A stretch of DNA of 47,150 nt from Octopus bimaculoides (Eukaryota): contig NC_068989.1 of NCBI RefSeq assembly GCF_001194135.2, positions 76,711,167-76,758,316 of the forward strand, written 5' to 3'. Below, piece after piece: positions 1-13,933 of the stretch. The notes beneath the pieces were generated by a model, which saw only the letters and a list, made by a program, of their open reading frames with translations, was not told the DNA's origin and did not search any database. Each line of letters starts with the position of its first letter. Position 1 is the stretch's first letter. The position numbers and the translations under genes were made by a program.

Positions 1-66
1 ATATATATATATATATATATAGATAGATAAATAGATAGATAGGTAGATATAGATATAGATATATAT

Positions 67-260
67 GTTCCTGGCTTTGGGTAATAGAAGAAAATTGTGG
101 ATCCATTGATTATGATTTTATTCAACGTAATCCTTTCTCAGATGGAGATTGTTATTGAAGTGCTATTTCAGTTCTTCTTAAAATAGGACTCGGAAGAGGA
201 GCCTCTATCCAGGCCTTTAGCGATACTTTTAAAGCCAGGAACTTTTCAGCAGTCCTTCAT
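67..260. mobile_element. Short mariner-derived MITE, left end eroded by microsatellite
   Basis: GTTCCTGGCTTT (67-78) is the reverse complement of AAAGCCAGGAAC (231-242). The right end continues TTTTCAGCAGTCCTTCA followed by TA, and resembles the mariner TIR at 5091 (shared AAAAGTTCCYGG). Confidence 0.6.
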
Positions 261-573
261 ATATCATTGGTGTCATCTTCCGCCATATCGTGGCGAAATC
301 TTTCAAATACTTACTGTGTAAATGTTTATTCAACCAATCAAAAATTGACAGCATCATTTTTAATCATATGCCGTTTGTTTTGGTCTGGTTTGTACAAAAA
401 TATCCTATGCGTACCTTTTGAGTATTATATTTTTGTGTCATGCAGTAGAATGTATGTCCAAGTACCTTTTCTACTCTATATATTTTCTTTTTCTGTTTTC
501 TCAATCTATCAACGTCTCAGTCTTTATTTCTCTTTGTGTGATTCTGCGCTCTATCACAGTTGGAAGTTATATT

Positions 574-786
574 CTTTTTATCTCTAGGAACAAGACCCAA
601 ACATTTTGGGAAGCGGCCAGCCGATTAGATCAACACGAGTACGCATTTGATAATTAATTTATCGACCCCGAAAGGATAAAAGGCAAAGTTGACTTCAGCT
701 GAATTTGAACTCAGAACGTAAAGACAGACGAAACACCGCTAAGTATTTCGCCCGGCGTGCTAAAATTTCTGCCAGTACGCCGCCTT
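574..786 (-). mobile_element. tRNA-derived SINE, family A (head AAGGCGGCG..CTGGCAGAA; core GCCTTTYATCCTTTCGGGGTCGATAA)
   Basis: Minus-strand tRNA-like head with B-box-like GAGTTCAAATTC and the conserved core. Flanked by an 18-bp direct repeat, ACAGTTGGARGTTATATT (556-573 and 787-804, 17/18 match), read as a TSD. Further copies at 21500, 31915 and 32470. Confidence 0.85.
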
Positions 787-924
787 ACAGTTGGAGGTTA
801 TATTGATAGGCCACTTACACAAATCCATTCACATTTACACCTACACCCATTCACATATGTATGCAAAAGGCATGGTTTGGAATCATGCGTAGTATAATTT
901 GACTAACAATTACTGTGAAGTCAT

Positions 925-1182
925 TCTTTTATCGTGTGTGTGTGTGTATATATGTATGTATATATGCATCTATACATACATACATATGTATGTATCTATA
1001 CATATATACGTATGTATGTATGTATGTATGTATGTATGTATGTATGTATGCATGCATGCATGTATGTATGTATGTATGTATCTATCTATCTATCTGTCCA
1101 TGTATGTATGTATGTATCTATCTATCTATCCATGTATGTATGTATTTATGTATGTATGTATGTTTGTATGTATGTATGTATG

Positions 1183-1258
<76 letters not shown>

Positions 1259-1259
1259 C
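925..1259. repeat. Compound (TG)n/(TATG)n/(TATC)n microsatellite
   Basis: Directly visible tandem units; explains ORFs 899..1299. Confidence 0.97.
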
Positions 1260-2639
1260 TGCTAAATGTAGTATTTCGTATATTCTAATTGTTCATTAAA
1301 ATAAAATAAAAATAACAGTTCGGTAAATGGGCGTAATTTCGAAATAAGCACACCTTCGTAACGTTATAATTTTAAAAATTCATTTACCTTTTGTTTCAAA
1401 CACAATTTTAATTATTTTAAACAAGTAATTACGCTTGTAGATAAAGAAATATAAAAAGAGGTTTCTGAAATTCGCAATTAATTGGAAAGTCTTTCTTTAA
1501 ATATAAAAATTAGATCAACTATAAATATATTTCAAGAAAATGATTTCTCCTTAGAATTTAGTCTTCTTTCACAAGATTGAATGTATTTCTTCAAAATGAA
1601 GCATTTCTCCAGCCTGTGAACTGAGTCAATTCATTTTTGTTATGAGGTGGGTGTGTCTGTGAGCACGAAAACTGGACTAACAAATTGCCTGTTTGGATAA
1701 ACTTTAGAAGGTTATGAAATTCTCAAAACCATGGCCTTGGAAAAATTATATGGACGCAAAATTATTTTTCTCATTAATGACGAGAACGTAATGCAAAATG
1801 TTTCCTTGATATTTTGTTGGCGAAGTTCAATAAATACTCCTGTCTAATGTACTGAATTTCTAAAGTTTGCATTCACTCACTTTAACTGAAATTCATATTC
1901 AGCCGTTTACCCACAATATCCCAATAATTGCTGTTTGTGTTTTTACTCTTTCATCAAATCGTTCATTCATCCGTTTGTTCCCTAATAATAATGTTAGGAC
2001 TGTCCGAATGGAGATTGTGATGATAGTGCTGCTGATCAGGCACTAACACCAAAGACCTGAATTCTTCCTTGCTCCTATATGGGTTGAACATTGGAATTGA
2101 ACCGCCCCAAGAATATTGTGCGTTTCAATTCCAAAGTAGTCTTAATCATATGAGGCCTGGAAATGAGATAGACGACATGCTCCATTTAATAATATTGATG
2201 CGGTTTTAATCTTTTAAATATGTCCAGCACCATGACTGAGAAAAAATAATTATATAGATACAAACTCAATTTTGTCTTCTCCTCTTATACATGAGGCCTT
2301 ATCTTCGTATCTATTAGGCATGAAAAGAGACAGGCATTTTGCTCCGAATAATAAAATTGACATGGTTTAAAATTTTGTGCTCTTATCCAAAAACATGGCT
2401 GACTATGAGTACGTTTACGGATGGAAAATCTGTATTATTCTTCTAGATTTTCCTTTAAACCTACGAGGAAAGGAAAGGGAGCAAATGATTTGACATGTTT
2501 AATATTAATTTTTAACTTTTTTAACTTGTGCAACAACATGGCTACAAAAGAAGTATTTTAAAATAGAAGAATCTGTATTTTTCCTATCCTATTATGCTTG
2601 AAAAGAGTATCTTCCTTGTTAGAACATATTATTGAGAAA

Positions 2640-3300
2640 GTGCAGGCCAGCTGACAGAGGTGGACACTAATGGCTTAACAGTAGGTCTTCAAACGGACTG
2701 CATGAAAACAGAATATATGCAGTCGGAAGGCGTAGCACAAGACTGAATAGAGGTGGGAAGTGATGAAATCGAGATTGATAAAGAAGTGTATCTACTTTGG
2801 GTACATATAGATATAGGTGCTGAAATCTCAAAGAGAAACGGTCAGGATAGAGGCGTTTATATCAATAATATAAGTGCTCAAAAGTGAAATAAACACTAGC
2901 ATAGGTGTCAGACTCTTCGATAACACCGTTCTACCTGCGATCTTATACACAGGCGAGACTTGGGCTACTACGAAGAAGACAGAACATCAATTAGCTACAA
3001 CGTAAAGGACCATGGAAGATTCATGCAAGTATTATCATTATGAGAGCACATTCAGTATGAGATTATTCCAGGATGGAGGGCAGTGAACGATGTGGTTGCA
3101 GAATACCGAACGCTGAGCCAGAAATGTTACAAAGTTCATAGACACCATGTGGACCTACGCAATTTCCAAATGCTCTCCAAGAGATCGGAAAAGACCACTT
3201 GGAAGGCCTCCACAATGATAAGACGATTTATGTCAGCAATTTGAGTGTAAAAGTTAAAGAATTACGCAATCAAGACAAAATTGGAAGTGCATTGTGACCA
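2640..3300 (+). mobile_element. Decayed RTE-clade LINE, RT C-terminus to 3' end
   Basis: Manual translation gives VGLQTDCMKTEYM ... RLFDNTVLPAILYTGETWATTKKTEHQL ... KRPLGRPP, typical RTE ORF2 C-terminal motifs, with stops and frameshifts. Confidence 0.85.
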
Positions 3301-3906
3301 GCGGTTTACAATAGCATCTCATAGCTTGGTGGATTCTCTGATACGGTGTCGTATCAGTAATGTATAATTCGTCATCACATTAATAAAGAATGGAAATGAA
3401 ACCTCCCTAAAATTCATTAATATTTTTGGTGAGGCAATTTATTCATCAGTTTGAGGAGATTTGTCCTACCCTCTCTAACACATTCATTCAACAAATCAAG
3501 AATCTTATTTTGAAAACATCTCTGCTTCTTTCGTTCAGAGATTATATAACTTCTGTATTAAAATATCTTGCTTTCTTATTTATTCGAAAATAGATACAGC
3601 AACCAAACACACACACATGTACACAAACACACAAATATATATCAAAGAGACATACATACGCGCGCCCATTCATATTAGACACTTAGACACACAACACCCA
3701 CGCAAGGAAGAAGCCACACGTTCACAAACGCTAGCACATAATTCTATACATACGTACTTCTGTGTGCGAGTGTATAAGTGTGTTTGTAGATATGGGGACA
3801 CATGCGTATATATGTATGTATGTATGTGTATATGTATCTAAGTTTGTATGTATGTTATATTCACACACATATATAAAAAGCTTATTGGCATACGCACTTG
3901 TGTGTA

Positions 3907-3973
<67 letters not shown>

Positions 3974-5090
3974 TACTTACACACACATATGTATAAATAT
4001 ATGCACGTACGTATATGCGCGTGCTTCAATATTGATAGAATCTTAGCATATGTTAGGCAAGAATATACACAAATATATATACGTTATTTTCCTCTCTATA
4101 TACATCAAAATTACAACTCTGTACACAAATATACACAGACACACATTCAGATACATACACACGCAAATACGCATTCACAAATACACATACTCACACACGC
4201 ACACGCAAAGTCGCAACCAAATTTACCCCCAAAATAACACATAATATACAGATGTTTAGTCGTAATCTAAAATAGTTTAGATGTTGAAACCCCGTTGTGA
4301 GTTCATGCAGGTCTACCGATGAGCGATCGTGATTTTGACATCTACTTGAACATCATTCAACTTGTGTACTGCCAGAACTTGCTCACTATTCAAATCTCTT
4401 ATCGTTCTCATACACACATCCACTCTCTGTCTTTCTTTTCTCTCACTCTCTCGCGCACACAAACGGACACACAGACACATATCAGAAATTAATAATTCTT
4501 TCATGAAAACTTCAAAAAGAATAATTCATTAAACAATGGTTTTAGAGACACACGCTCGCTATTGGTGGCTTGAAGCCCAAACTATTTCTGACAAAAACAC
4601 ACACGCATTATATGTATATATACATACATACATACATACATACATACATGCATGCATACATACATATATACAAACATACATTATATTTATAAATGCATAC
4701 ATACATACACACAAATTCAATATATATTNNNNNNNNNNNNNNNNNNNNNNNNNNNNNNNNNNNNNNNNNNNNNNNNNNNNNNNNNNNNNNNNNNNNNNNN
4801 NNNNNNNNNNNNNNNNNNNNNNNNNNNNNNNNNNNNNNNNNNNNNNNNNNNNNNNNNNNNNNNNNNNNNNNNNNNNNNNNNNNNNNNNNNNNNNNNNNNN
4901 NNNNNNNNNNNNNNNNNNNNNNNNNNNNNNNNNNNNNNNNNNNNNNNNNNNNNNNNNNNNNNNNNNNNNNNNNNNNNNNNNNNNNNNNNNNNNNNNNNNN
5001 NTATATATATCTTGAATATATACGTATCCGAATTCGTTTCTAGTCAATAAATCTGTTTTAATATGCACCATTGAAAATCTAGAAGTTCAT

Positions 5091-5939
5091 TCGAGGTGGC
5101 ATCAAAAAGTTCCCGGACTAGCTATGCTCAGTAAAAGATATCTTATTTACCTAAGTCTTAACATCATCTCCTTCGAATACAACGTTCCCAGCGTTCATGC
5201 TAGTTTTGGAATCCGACCTGGAAGTCGTTTTCCGTAAGCGAGTGGAGGACCTTCTGCGTTTCGCTCTGGATCTTGAAAATGATATTAAAACAGCAACCTT
5301 TGAGCTGCCTTTTCACCTTGGGGGAAGAGATGGGAGTCTGCAGGTGCTGTATTTAGCGACTATGGTGGGTGCAAAAGCGATAACATGTTGATTTTGGCGA
5401 GTAACTCACGAGTGAGAAAAGCTTGGTGAAGAATCCAATCCAGTCATTTCACGAGATGTCCTCCCTCAAACGCTTCTAAACAGTCTCTCGATTGATGGTC
5501 CGGTCCTGAGGGACTGAGTTCTCAATGCACGGTACCATATTGCAGGTCTTCCAGATGACTCATCATTTTCTAGTGACATTCTTCTGCTTTTGAAGCGCTT
5601 GTGCCTCTCGAAACATTGTGAACGACCCATTGCCTCGTCGCCACAAGCTTGTCGACGTATGCTCAACGTCTCTTCAGTGGATTTCTCCAGTGGACCTCTC
5701 CAGTTTAACGCAAAATTACACGTTGGTTCTCTGTTCTTGTCCATGACAAAATCGCAGAGTACAACATACACGTGATCACAAAAACACAAATTTCACTAAT
5801 TACGAAGTAAACAGAGCGATGTCACGCGGCTCACTTCTTTATGAAGGTCACTGCTGGCTTTCACTGTGCACGCAAACGTATACTGCCGCCTGTTGACGGG
5901 CTACAGAATTAGTCCGGGAATATTTTGATACCACCTCTC
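5091..5939 (-). mobile_element. Internally deleted mariner DNA transposon (about 850 bp) with both TIRs
   Basis: 29-bp TIRs: CGAGGTGGCATCAAAAAGTTCCCGGACTA and its reverse complement at 5910-5938 (25/29). The minus strand encodes a transposase N-terminus (MDKNREP...EETLSIRRQACGDEAMGRSQCFERHKRFKSRRMSLENDESSGRP) and C-terminus (LHPP*SLNTAPADSHLFPKVKRQLKGCCF...SETQKVLHSLTENDFQ...WERCI). Most of the catalytic domain is missing. Confidence 0.93.
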
Positions 5940-7216
5940 ATTAACATGCATATAAGCATATACAAATCGTTATACAATCACATGTACACCTATACATACA
6001 TACATAGACTTTTATACACTTCCAAACACGGACACTCATATAAGTTTGTCTACATGTATGCGAGTGTGTGAGTGCACACGTCTGCCTACACAGGATTTTT
6101 TTCCTCTTCGTATTGTCATATTTCTAATTAACAGTGAATCATATAATCAGTTCCTATTCATGAGAAGATATAACTTTCATTGTTTTTTTTTCCAGCTTCC
6201 GGAAAATTGTCCAATTTCCAGAATATTAGACTAGCTCTGGATATTTTGGATATGAAACAAGAGAATATAAATCAATTTATAGACGGTTAGCTGTTATGTC
6301 TCATTTAATTTTATTCAATTCGATTATATTTAAGTAGTTCAAAGTTGGGTATCAGATTTGTGAAGACCATATAATGGATGTTGTAGCTGATGTTCCTTTT
6401 TAATTCCAGGTCTGTCTAATTGCGCCATCGTGCCATTCACATTATCTTATTTTGCTCTGTTGAATCCAATAACTTCAACTTATTGGCTCTCCTATGATCT
6501 TTATTTAGCTCTATTCATCTCTGAAGCAGTAAGAAGTGCCTTCGGGTTGATGATGTCACCGCATATATATATATGTATAAATATATATATGTATAAATAT
6601 ATATATATATATATANNNNNNNNNNNNNNNNNNNNNNNNNNNNNNNNNNNNNNNNNNNNNNNNNNNNNNNNNNNNNNNNNNNNNNNNNNNNNNNNNNNNN
6701 NNNNNNNNNNNNNNNNNNNNNNNNNNNNNNNNNNNNNNNNNNNNNNNNNNNNNNNNNNNNNNNNNNNNNNNNNNNNNNNNNNNNNNNNNNNNNNNNNNNN
6801 NNNNNNNNNNNNNNNNNNNNNNNNNNNNNNNNNNNNNNNNNNNNNNNNNNNNNNNNNNNNNNNNNNNNNNNNNNNNNNNNNNNNNNNNNNNNNNNNNNNN
6901 NNNNNNNNNNNNNNNNNNNNNNNNNNNNNNNNNNNNNNNNNNNNNNNNNNNNNNNNNNNNNNNNNNNNNNNNNNNNNNNNNNNNNNNNNNNNNNNNNNNN
7001 NNNNNNNNNNNNNNNNNNNNNNNNNNNNNNNNNNNNNNNNNNNNNNNNNNNNNNNNNNNNNNNNNNNNNNNNNNTATATATATATACAATGTATTCGTTC
7101 GTGGTATAATTCAACCAAGAGAGCTGAGAGTCAAATACTGTTTAAGTACCACAATACATATCTTCGGATGCTGCTAATCGTTTCACGTCTCTGAAAATCC
7201 AAACATATCTAGAGGT

Positions 7217-7335
7217 ATGAAGGCGCGTAGCATAAGGGGTAGATGCTTTGCTTTCACGATCATGACGTCACGGCTTCGCTACTTGGGCAATTTTGTCTTT
7301 GAGCAATGCGTATTATTTCAAGGTTGCATGCTCTT
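7217..7335 (+). mobile_element. Old, degraded tRNA-derived SINE head
   Basis: GAAGGCGCGTAGCATAAGGGGTAG...TCACGATCATGACGTC...TTGTCTTTGAGCAA resembles an eroded A/B-box SINE head. Confidence 0.45.
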
Positions 7336-9674
7336 TCTGCGTCTGTTGGAGGTAAAGATTACCTCTGTGGTACAATGTTGTGTTTAGTAGTGAGTTTTGT
7401 TCTCTTAGTCAGTGAAATGCTACTGAACATGGAATACATTTTGGCCTAGTGGTTCTGTAGGTTGGAGACTAAGTAAATTTGATATTTTAATATATGCATT
7501 GGACATTATAGTCAAACGTTTCCTATTCTCCTTTCTCAATTGTTTCTTAGCCATAGGAAGTGGAAAAATTTGACACTGCTTTGAAAATGAAGAAGTTATC
7601 CATATGAATCGCGTGGTAAACTTCTGAGTTCGTATAAACTGGAATGCAAATAGAACTATAGACATGAATATGAGATGAAAAACAAGCCCATCTTTTTGAT
7701 TGGGCCTGTTTCAAAAAGAAAACAATCAGTTTTCATAAGACCATTTATTACTGAACAAATTCAAAATTTTCTTTCACTGAATAAGAAGACGAAAATATCG
7801 TAGGGTGGTGGTAATGTTTTTGTGAACCTCTCTAGTAAAAACAAAAATCAGTTTTGTTTCATTTTATTTCAGAAATTTAATTTCCAGCAACATAATTGTG
7901 CGTCAGACATTATAACAACGAATTAGAAATGACCCTAGATTGCAGAAATGGAATGATGCCAGCACGGTAGTTAATTTGTTGGGGAAAATTAACAATAAAA
8001 ACATAGATGAATTTACCCAGTTCGATATTGTTCAGTTTTTGGGAATTTCTAAATCTCTCCTTACCAAAGCCATGGAATTTAGAATGAAACATTTTGATAT
8101 TGATCTTGACATAAATATGCATGTCGGGAAATCACTGTGTTTTGGCAGAGATTCTGAATGAATAAAATACACTAATCCTCTTTTCATTGACACGATGGCC
8201 TTCTTTGGCAAGAGACTTGTTATCTGGCTCAATAATACATTCTCGATAATCTAGAGTCTTGAGTTCACAGCTTAGAAATATGGTTGTAGAGAGATGACGG
8301 TCTAGTTATTTCTAACGTACACACGAATATAATCTTGATGAGATAAGGAATGACCCAGTTAGAAAATTTAATGTACTAGAGCTTACCATAGCTACATTTA
8401 TAAATATAATGACACTTATCTTACTAGATATTAACTTAGAACTCAACCTCGTATTTTTAACAACTTGTCATCGTCGTTGCTTCAAGGTTCCCCATATTTT
8501 CTCAGTCAAATGAACATACGTCAAATTTGAAAGCCGCTAATTAAAAACGAAAAATCATTGCAGTTACCATCAAACGGAACAACTACAAGCTAATGAAATA
8601 AATAAATACCCGCCAGATCTATAATAGTCCTGTGACATCGCCTTTCAGTTACCTTCAATATAAAATCTGGTATTGTCAAAACTGTTCTTAATCTTATCCG
8701 CAAAATCCACATTATGTATAACTGACCAGTATCCTAAATTAGTTAAGCACTAATATTTAAAACTTAGCTTGAGATTTAGAAAATATCATCGAAAACTGGA
8801 AGTCGATTTCATACAGACATGACGATTACAACTTAACTACTTATGCTTCTTGACTAATATATAATATACTAAGCTAGGGTTTTAGTCTCAGGAGACATAT
8901 ATGTGCACATCAAGTGTGAGTCGGTACATAAAACCTGAATTTTAATTTAAACATGTAGACAAGTGAAGTGGAACAACACGGCATTTGGAAAAAAAAAGAC
9001 ATTGAAGATCTTAAGATAACTTAGACGTCAACAAATCGAATAACAATGATAGACCCCAAGCGAGGAGGGTATCTGAAATAATTTAGCAGAACACAGTACT
9101 TTATACAATGTACACGTATCTATGTATGCACAAACATGCACACACACACAAACACACATATAAGCACACACACATTCACACACAAACACATACATATGCA
9201 CACAACGATATACCCATTTATTTATATGCAGTTATAAACAATCAATAACTGCTCACTCATATACAACACTGTATATTTACGTAGCTACCAATATTGCTTT
9301 AATACATAATGTGTAGAAATACTCATATATTACATATGACCACTACTAAAACCACACCCAGTTAGTACCGGTATACATTACAAACAAGCCAATTAGTTAT
9401 TGAGTTCTTCCCTTTTCTCATTTAATTTGTTCCTTTGTCTCTATATTATCTGAGGCCCCTTCAAATGTCGTTTGTACTCTTTTCTCACAACGTGTTTCAG
9501 TTGCAATATTTAATTAAACTACGATTAAATAATTGCAAATATATTCATATAAAAATATTGGTATTTTATAAATACCACTATAAGTTTAAAAAACAATTAT
9601 TTATCCATTCTTTCAGTTTGGTCATATATTTTTTAGTTCGTTAAACACACATACACATACACAAACACGCCCGC

Positions 9675-9716
<42 letters not shown>

Positions 9717-10472
9717 GCACGCACATACACACACGCACGTGCACAAATATATTTGCGTGTGTATATATATATATATAGGTATGTGAATGTGTATACATAC
9801 ATATATATATATATATACTTATATGTATATGTTTCTATATCTGTGTTTATATGATATGTATGTCTGTATGTGTCTATGTGCGTTAACTCCAATAAACGTT
9901 TATATGCAATGTGAGCTTAGAATTCATTAATTCAGAATCTTAATCAAACGCAATCTGTTTAAAATGATTTGCAGTGTGAGAAATAAAATAGTCATAAAAT
10001 ACATCCTTTACACGTACAATAAACTAAACTAAACTAAAATAAAATAAAATTTAGCAATATTAAATGAAACAAGCCACAATATTTCTTATTAGTTAGTGAC
10101 AGACGAAAAGCCCCCGTTGAGAATGTTTGAGAAAGATCAGAAATCAATATGGCTGCAGCATGAGTTTAGTGATTACATGACAGCCTTTATTTCTTCATGC
10201 TATTATATAAAACAGACGCTGCCAAAATTAGAAAGACTTCTGTCTTTTTAACAGTCGGCATACATGAGTTAACATTCAGTCTGGTTCTCAAATCGTACAT
10301 CTTTTGTGAATTTAATTGGAAATTTAATAAAAGGAATAGTGTTTAAGTGTAGTTTCGCTGAAGATTGAATATCAAAAAAAAAAAAAACAGAAATGAAAAA
10401 TCTCGGGAAAAATATCTATGCATCTTGCCGGAGTTTGAACGACATTACGAATGAAATCACAGCTGACAAAGG

Positions 10473-10473
<1 letters not shown>

Positions 10474-10558
<85 letters not shown>
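10474..10558. repeat. (TG)n(GA)n compound microsatellite
   Basis: Directly visible. Confidence 0.98.
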
Positions 10559-11727
10559 CGGCGAGAGAGAGTTGTGATATATATTTATATATATGCATAT
10601 ACATATATATACATGCATACATAAATACACACATACATACACACATACACACACACGCACACACGCGCACAGACACGCTCACCCAGATATATAATTGTAT
10701 ATCATATCATATATCATACATACTTTCTCTACACACAGATGTATANNNNNNNNNNNNNNNNNNNNNNNNNNNNNNNNNNNNNNNNNNNNNNNNNNNNNNN
10801 NNNNNNNNNNNNNNNNNNNNNNNNNNNNNNNNNNNNNNNNNNNNNNNNNNNNNNNNNNNNNNNNNNNNNNNNNNNNNNNNNNNNNNNNNNNNNNNNNNNN
10901 NNNNNNNNNNNNNNNNNNNNNNNNNNNNNNNNNNNNNNNNNNNNNNNNNNNNNNNNNNNNNNNNNNNNNNNNNNNNNNNNNNNNNNNNNNNNNNNNNNNN
11001 NNNNNNNNNNNNNNNNNNNNNNNNNNNNNNNNNNNNNNNNNNNNNNNNNNNNNNNNNNNNNNNNNNNNNNNNNNNNNNNNNNNNNNNNNNNNNNNNNNNN
11101 NNNNNNNNNNNNNNNNNNNNNNNNNNNNNNNNNNNNNNNNNNNNNNNNNNNNNNNNNNNNNNNNNNNNNNNNNNNNNNNNNNNNNNNNNNNNNNNNNNNN
11201 NNNNNNNNNNNNNNNNNNNNNNNNNNNNNNNNNNNNNNNNNNNNNNNNNNNNNNNNNNNNNNNNNNNNNNNNNNNNNNNNNNNNNNNNNNNNNNNNNNAT
11301 ATATCGATTGATAAATAGATAGAGAAAGAGGCAGAGAGAGGCAGAGATAAATACAGAGTGAGCCGGTCTAGTGCTACAATCGTCTTTGGCTCTTATCTGC
11401 GTCTCTAGTGTAGCCCTGCTCAGGTGTCGGCTAATACTATGAGTGCTTCGTTATTTTAAAATCAACATTATGATAATGATGCTAACAACATCGCCATCGT
11501 TATCTTATTGTATGAGACTTCTTAGTCTCAGCTAAATAATTCGATGTGCCAGAAGTAATAGCTAGATCTCACATACAATTTAAAAAAAAAACACAAAACA
11601 AACAAAAAAACAGTCGTTATAAAATTAGACATATGTAAATAAAAGAAAGTAAATGACAAACATAGGTTTCGTATCGTTGGGACGTCTATGATCATAGATT
11701 TGTGATTTGAATAGATTCATACCATAC

Positions 11728-11746
11728 CATCATCATCATCATCATC

Positions 11747-11777
<31 letters not shown>

Positions 11778-11951
11778 CTTCTTCTTCTTCTTCTTCTTCT
11801 TCTTCTTCTTCTTCTTCTTCTTCTTCTTCTTCTTCTTCTTCCTCCTCCTCCTCCTCCTCCTCCTCCTCAACATCATCATTATCATCATGCTACTACTACT
11901 ACTACTACTACTATTACTACTACTGCTGCTGTTGCTGCTGCTGCTGCTGCT

Positions 11952-12013
<62 letters not shown>
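11728..12013. repeat. Compound trinucleotide array (CAT)-(CTT)-(CCT)-(CAT)-(CTA)-(CTG)-(CCA)-(CTA)
   Basis: Directly visible; explains ORFs 11707..12147 and 11745..12047. Confidence 0.97.
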
Positions 12014-12336
12014 GATTACCGCTGTTCGTTTTCCTCCATAATTTCAAGTTAATATCTACAGATAAAGAGAGAAAGAAAGAAAGAAAGAGGGAAAGAAAGA
12101 AAGAAAGGAAGGAAGGAAGGAAAGATGGAAGTAAAATATCACAATAAATGTAAACTCTTAAATCTACTCAGTTCAGTTTCCTTTACCTGATAAACGAAAG
12201 TAGTCACTGGAGGTCCAAATTCTGGTATGGAATTTTATTCGTTTTGTTCGTACTCTGTTCTTTTGTATCATTGATTATTAAACTGTTTTACATATGGAGC
12301 AGGAAACACTTCCATCATTGGCGTCGTCGTCGCCGC

Positions 12337-12337
<1 letters not shown>

Positions 12338-12394
<57 letters not shown>

Positions 12395-12408
12395 TTCGTC
12401 ATCATCAT
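12338..12408. repeat. (CAT)n microsatellite
   Basis: Directly visible. Confidence 0.97.
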
Positions 12409-13549
12409 CAGTAAATAATTCTCTCGAGTAGATTTATGACTATTGGTTCCCATGTCCCCACCTCACGACTTATTTCCGTGTGCGTTCAGTTGGATGATTT
12501 CTTCATTTTTAGGCGCAAGGAGAAGAATCATGTGAACATGTAATATTTCTTCGTTCTTAATTAACGCAGACATGATTTTGATTTTACTTCTAAATTTGAA
12601 TTTATTCTGTATTCTATATTTCATGTATATCTATGCCCATAAAATGCTGCTTCTGTAGTTTTGGTCTTCATCAGTATAGATCAATACATAGTCGGTTAAT
12701 TACAGTATCTTGAAATTGTGTATTTGAATTATTATTTCAATTTCAAATCAGGTAGAGACAGTAAAATGGAAAAAAAAAAAATAGATCATGCATAATTTAG
12801 GGTTGGTGAGAGAGAGGGGGTGGGGGTGGAATGAAAGAGAAAGTGAGGGAAAGAAGAGAGCAATAATTTTGGATTTACTAAATTAATTTTACTTTAGTTC
12901 TTAAGTGGCGTCGAAGTTTAGAGTTAGGTTGTATGGAAATTATTCCGATTTGAAACTTTCTATAGATATCGGCCAATATTGAGTTTTTCTTCGTTCTATA
13001 CATGCGAGTTGCGTACACATGCACATAAGATTATTGTGCAGAGACATGACGATTCAAAAAAACAAAAAGAAAAAAAGCAGAAAAATAAAATCCCTGTATA
13101 GCGAGTTGATTTTAATCAATGTGGAGAAAATGGCGATAAACGAGAAGACTACTTCTAACAATTTAATTTTTTATTATTATTTAGAATCAATATCGCAAAC
13201 GGTGAATAGAGACTGGGTATTGTTTTGTATGACAGAATTGAAGACAATACCAATAATATTCCATTATTATTTAATTATAACCTGGGAGGGATGCCGGAAA
13301 TAAACTAATAAATCGCCAATACCTAAATGCTTCTCGAGAAATCAAGAATACTCAATAACATGCCCATACGAGTATTTTTAATTATGTATATATGTACGTA
13401 CGGACTTACGTCTGTGTATGTGTGTGTATGTATGTATGAATGTATGTATGAATGTATGTATGTAAGCACGTATCTATGTGTGTATCGACGTATGTATGCA
13501 TGCATATATGTACGTATGTATGTTTGTATGTGTCTGTCTTTCACCTTTT

Positions 13550-13733
13550 CTTTTACTTGTCTCAGTTATAAGACTGCGGCCATGCTGGGGGCACCGCCTC
13601 GAAAAACTTTAGGCGACCAATTCAACTTCAGTACATACGTTTTTAAAGCGTGGTACTTATTCTTATCGGTCTCACACCAATATAGGTTGTCAAGCGGTGG
13701 CGAGAGACAAACGCAGACACAAATACACACAAA

Positions 13734-13828
<95 letters not shown>

Positions 13829-13933
13829 TGGGATTCTTTCTTTTTTCTGTCACTATGGTTTGGTCGGCCCACGGCTCTAGTAGAAGGCACTTGCCGAAGA
13901 TGACACGCAGTGAGATTGAACCCGAAACCATGT
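13550..13933 (-). mobile_element. tRNA-derived SINE, family B (internal (TG)n), 5'-eroded, with expanded internal (CA)n
   Basis: Shares TTACTTGT..CAG..GACTGCGGCCAT tail, GTTGTCAAGCGGTG and AGAAGGCACTTGCC..ACCATGT head motifs with the copies at 27829, 28820, 38350 and 41750. Confidence 0.8.

Noticed and set aside
12513-12539. 27-nt AG/GT-bounded micro-exon candidate (RKEKNHVN)
   Set aside because: The donor is weak (GTAATA) and such short matches are expected by chance.
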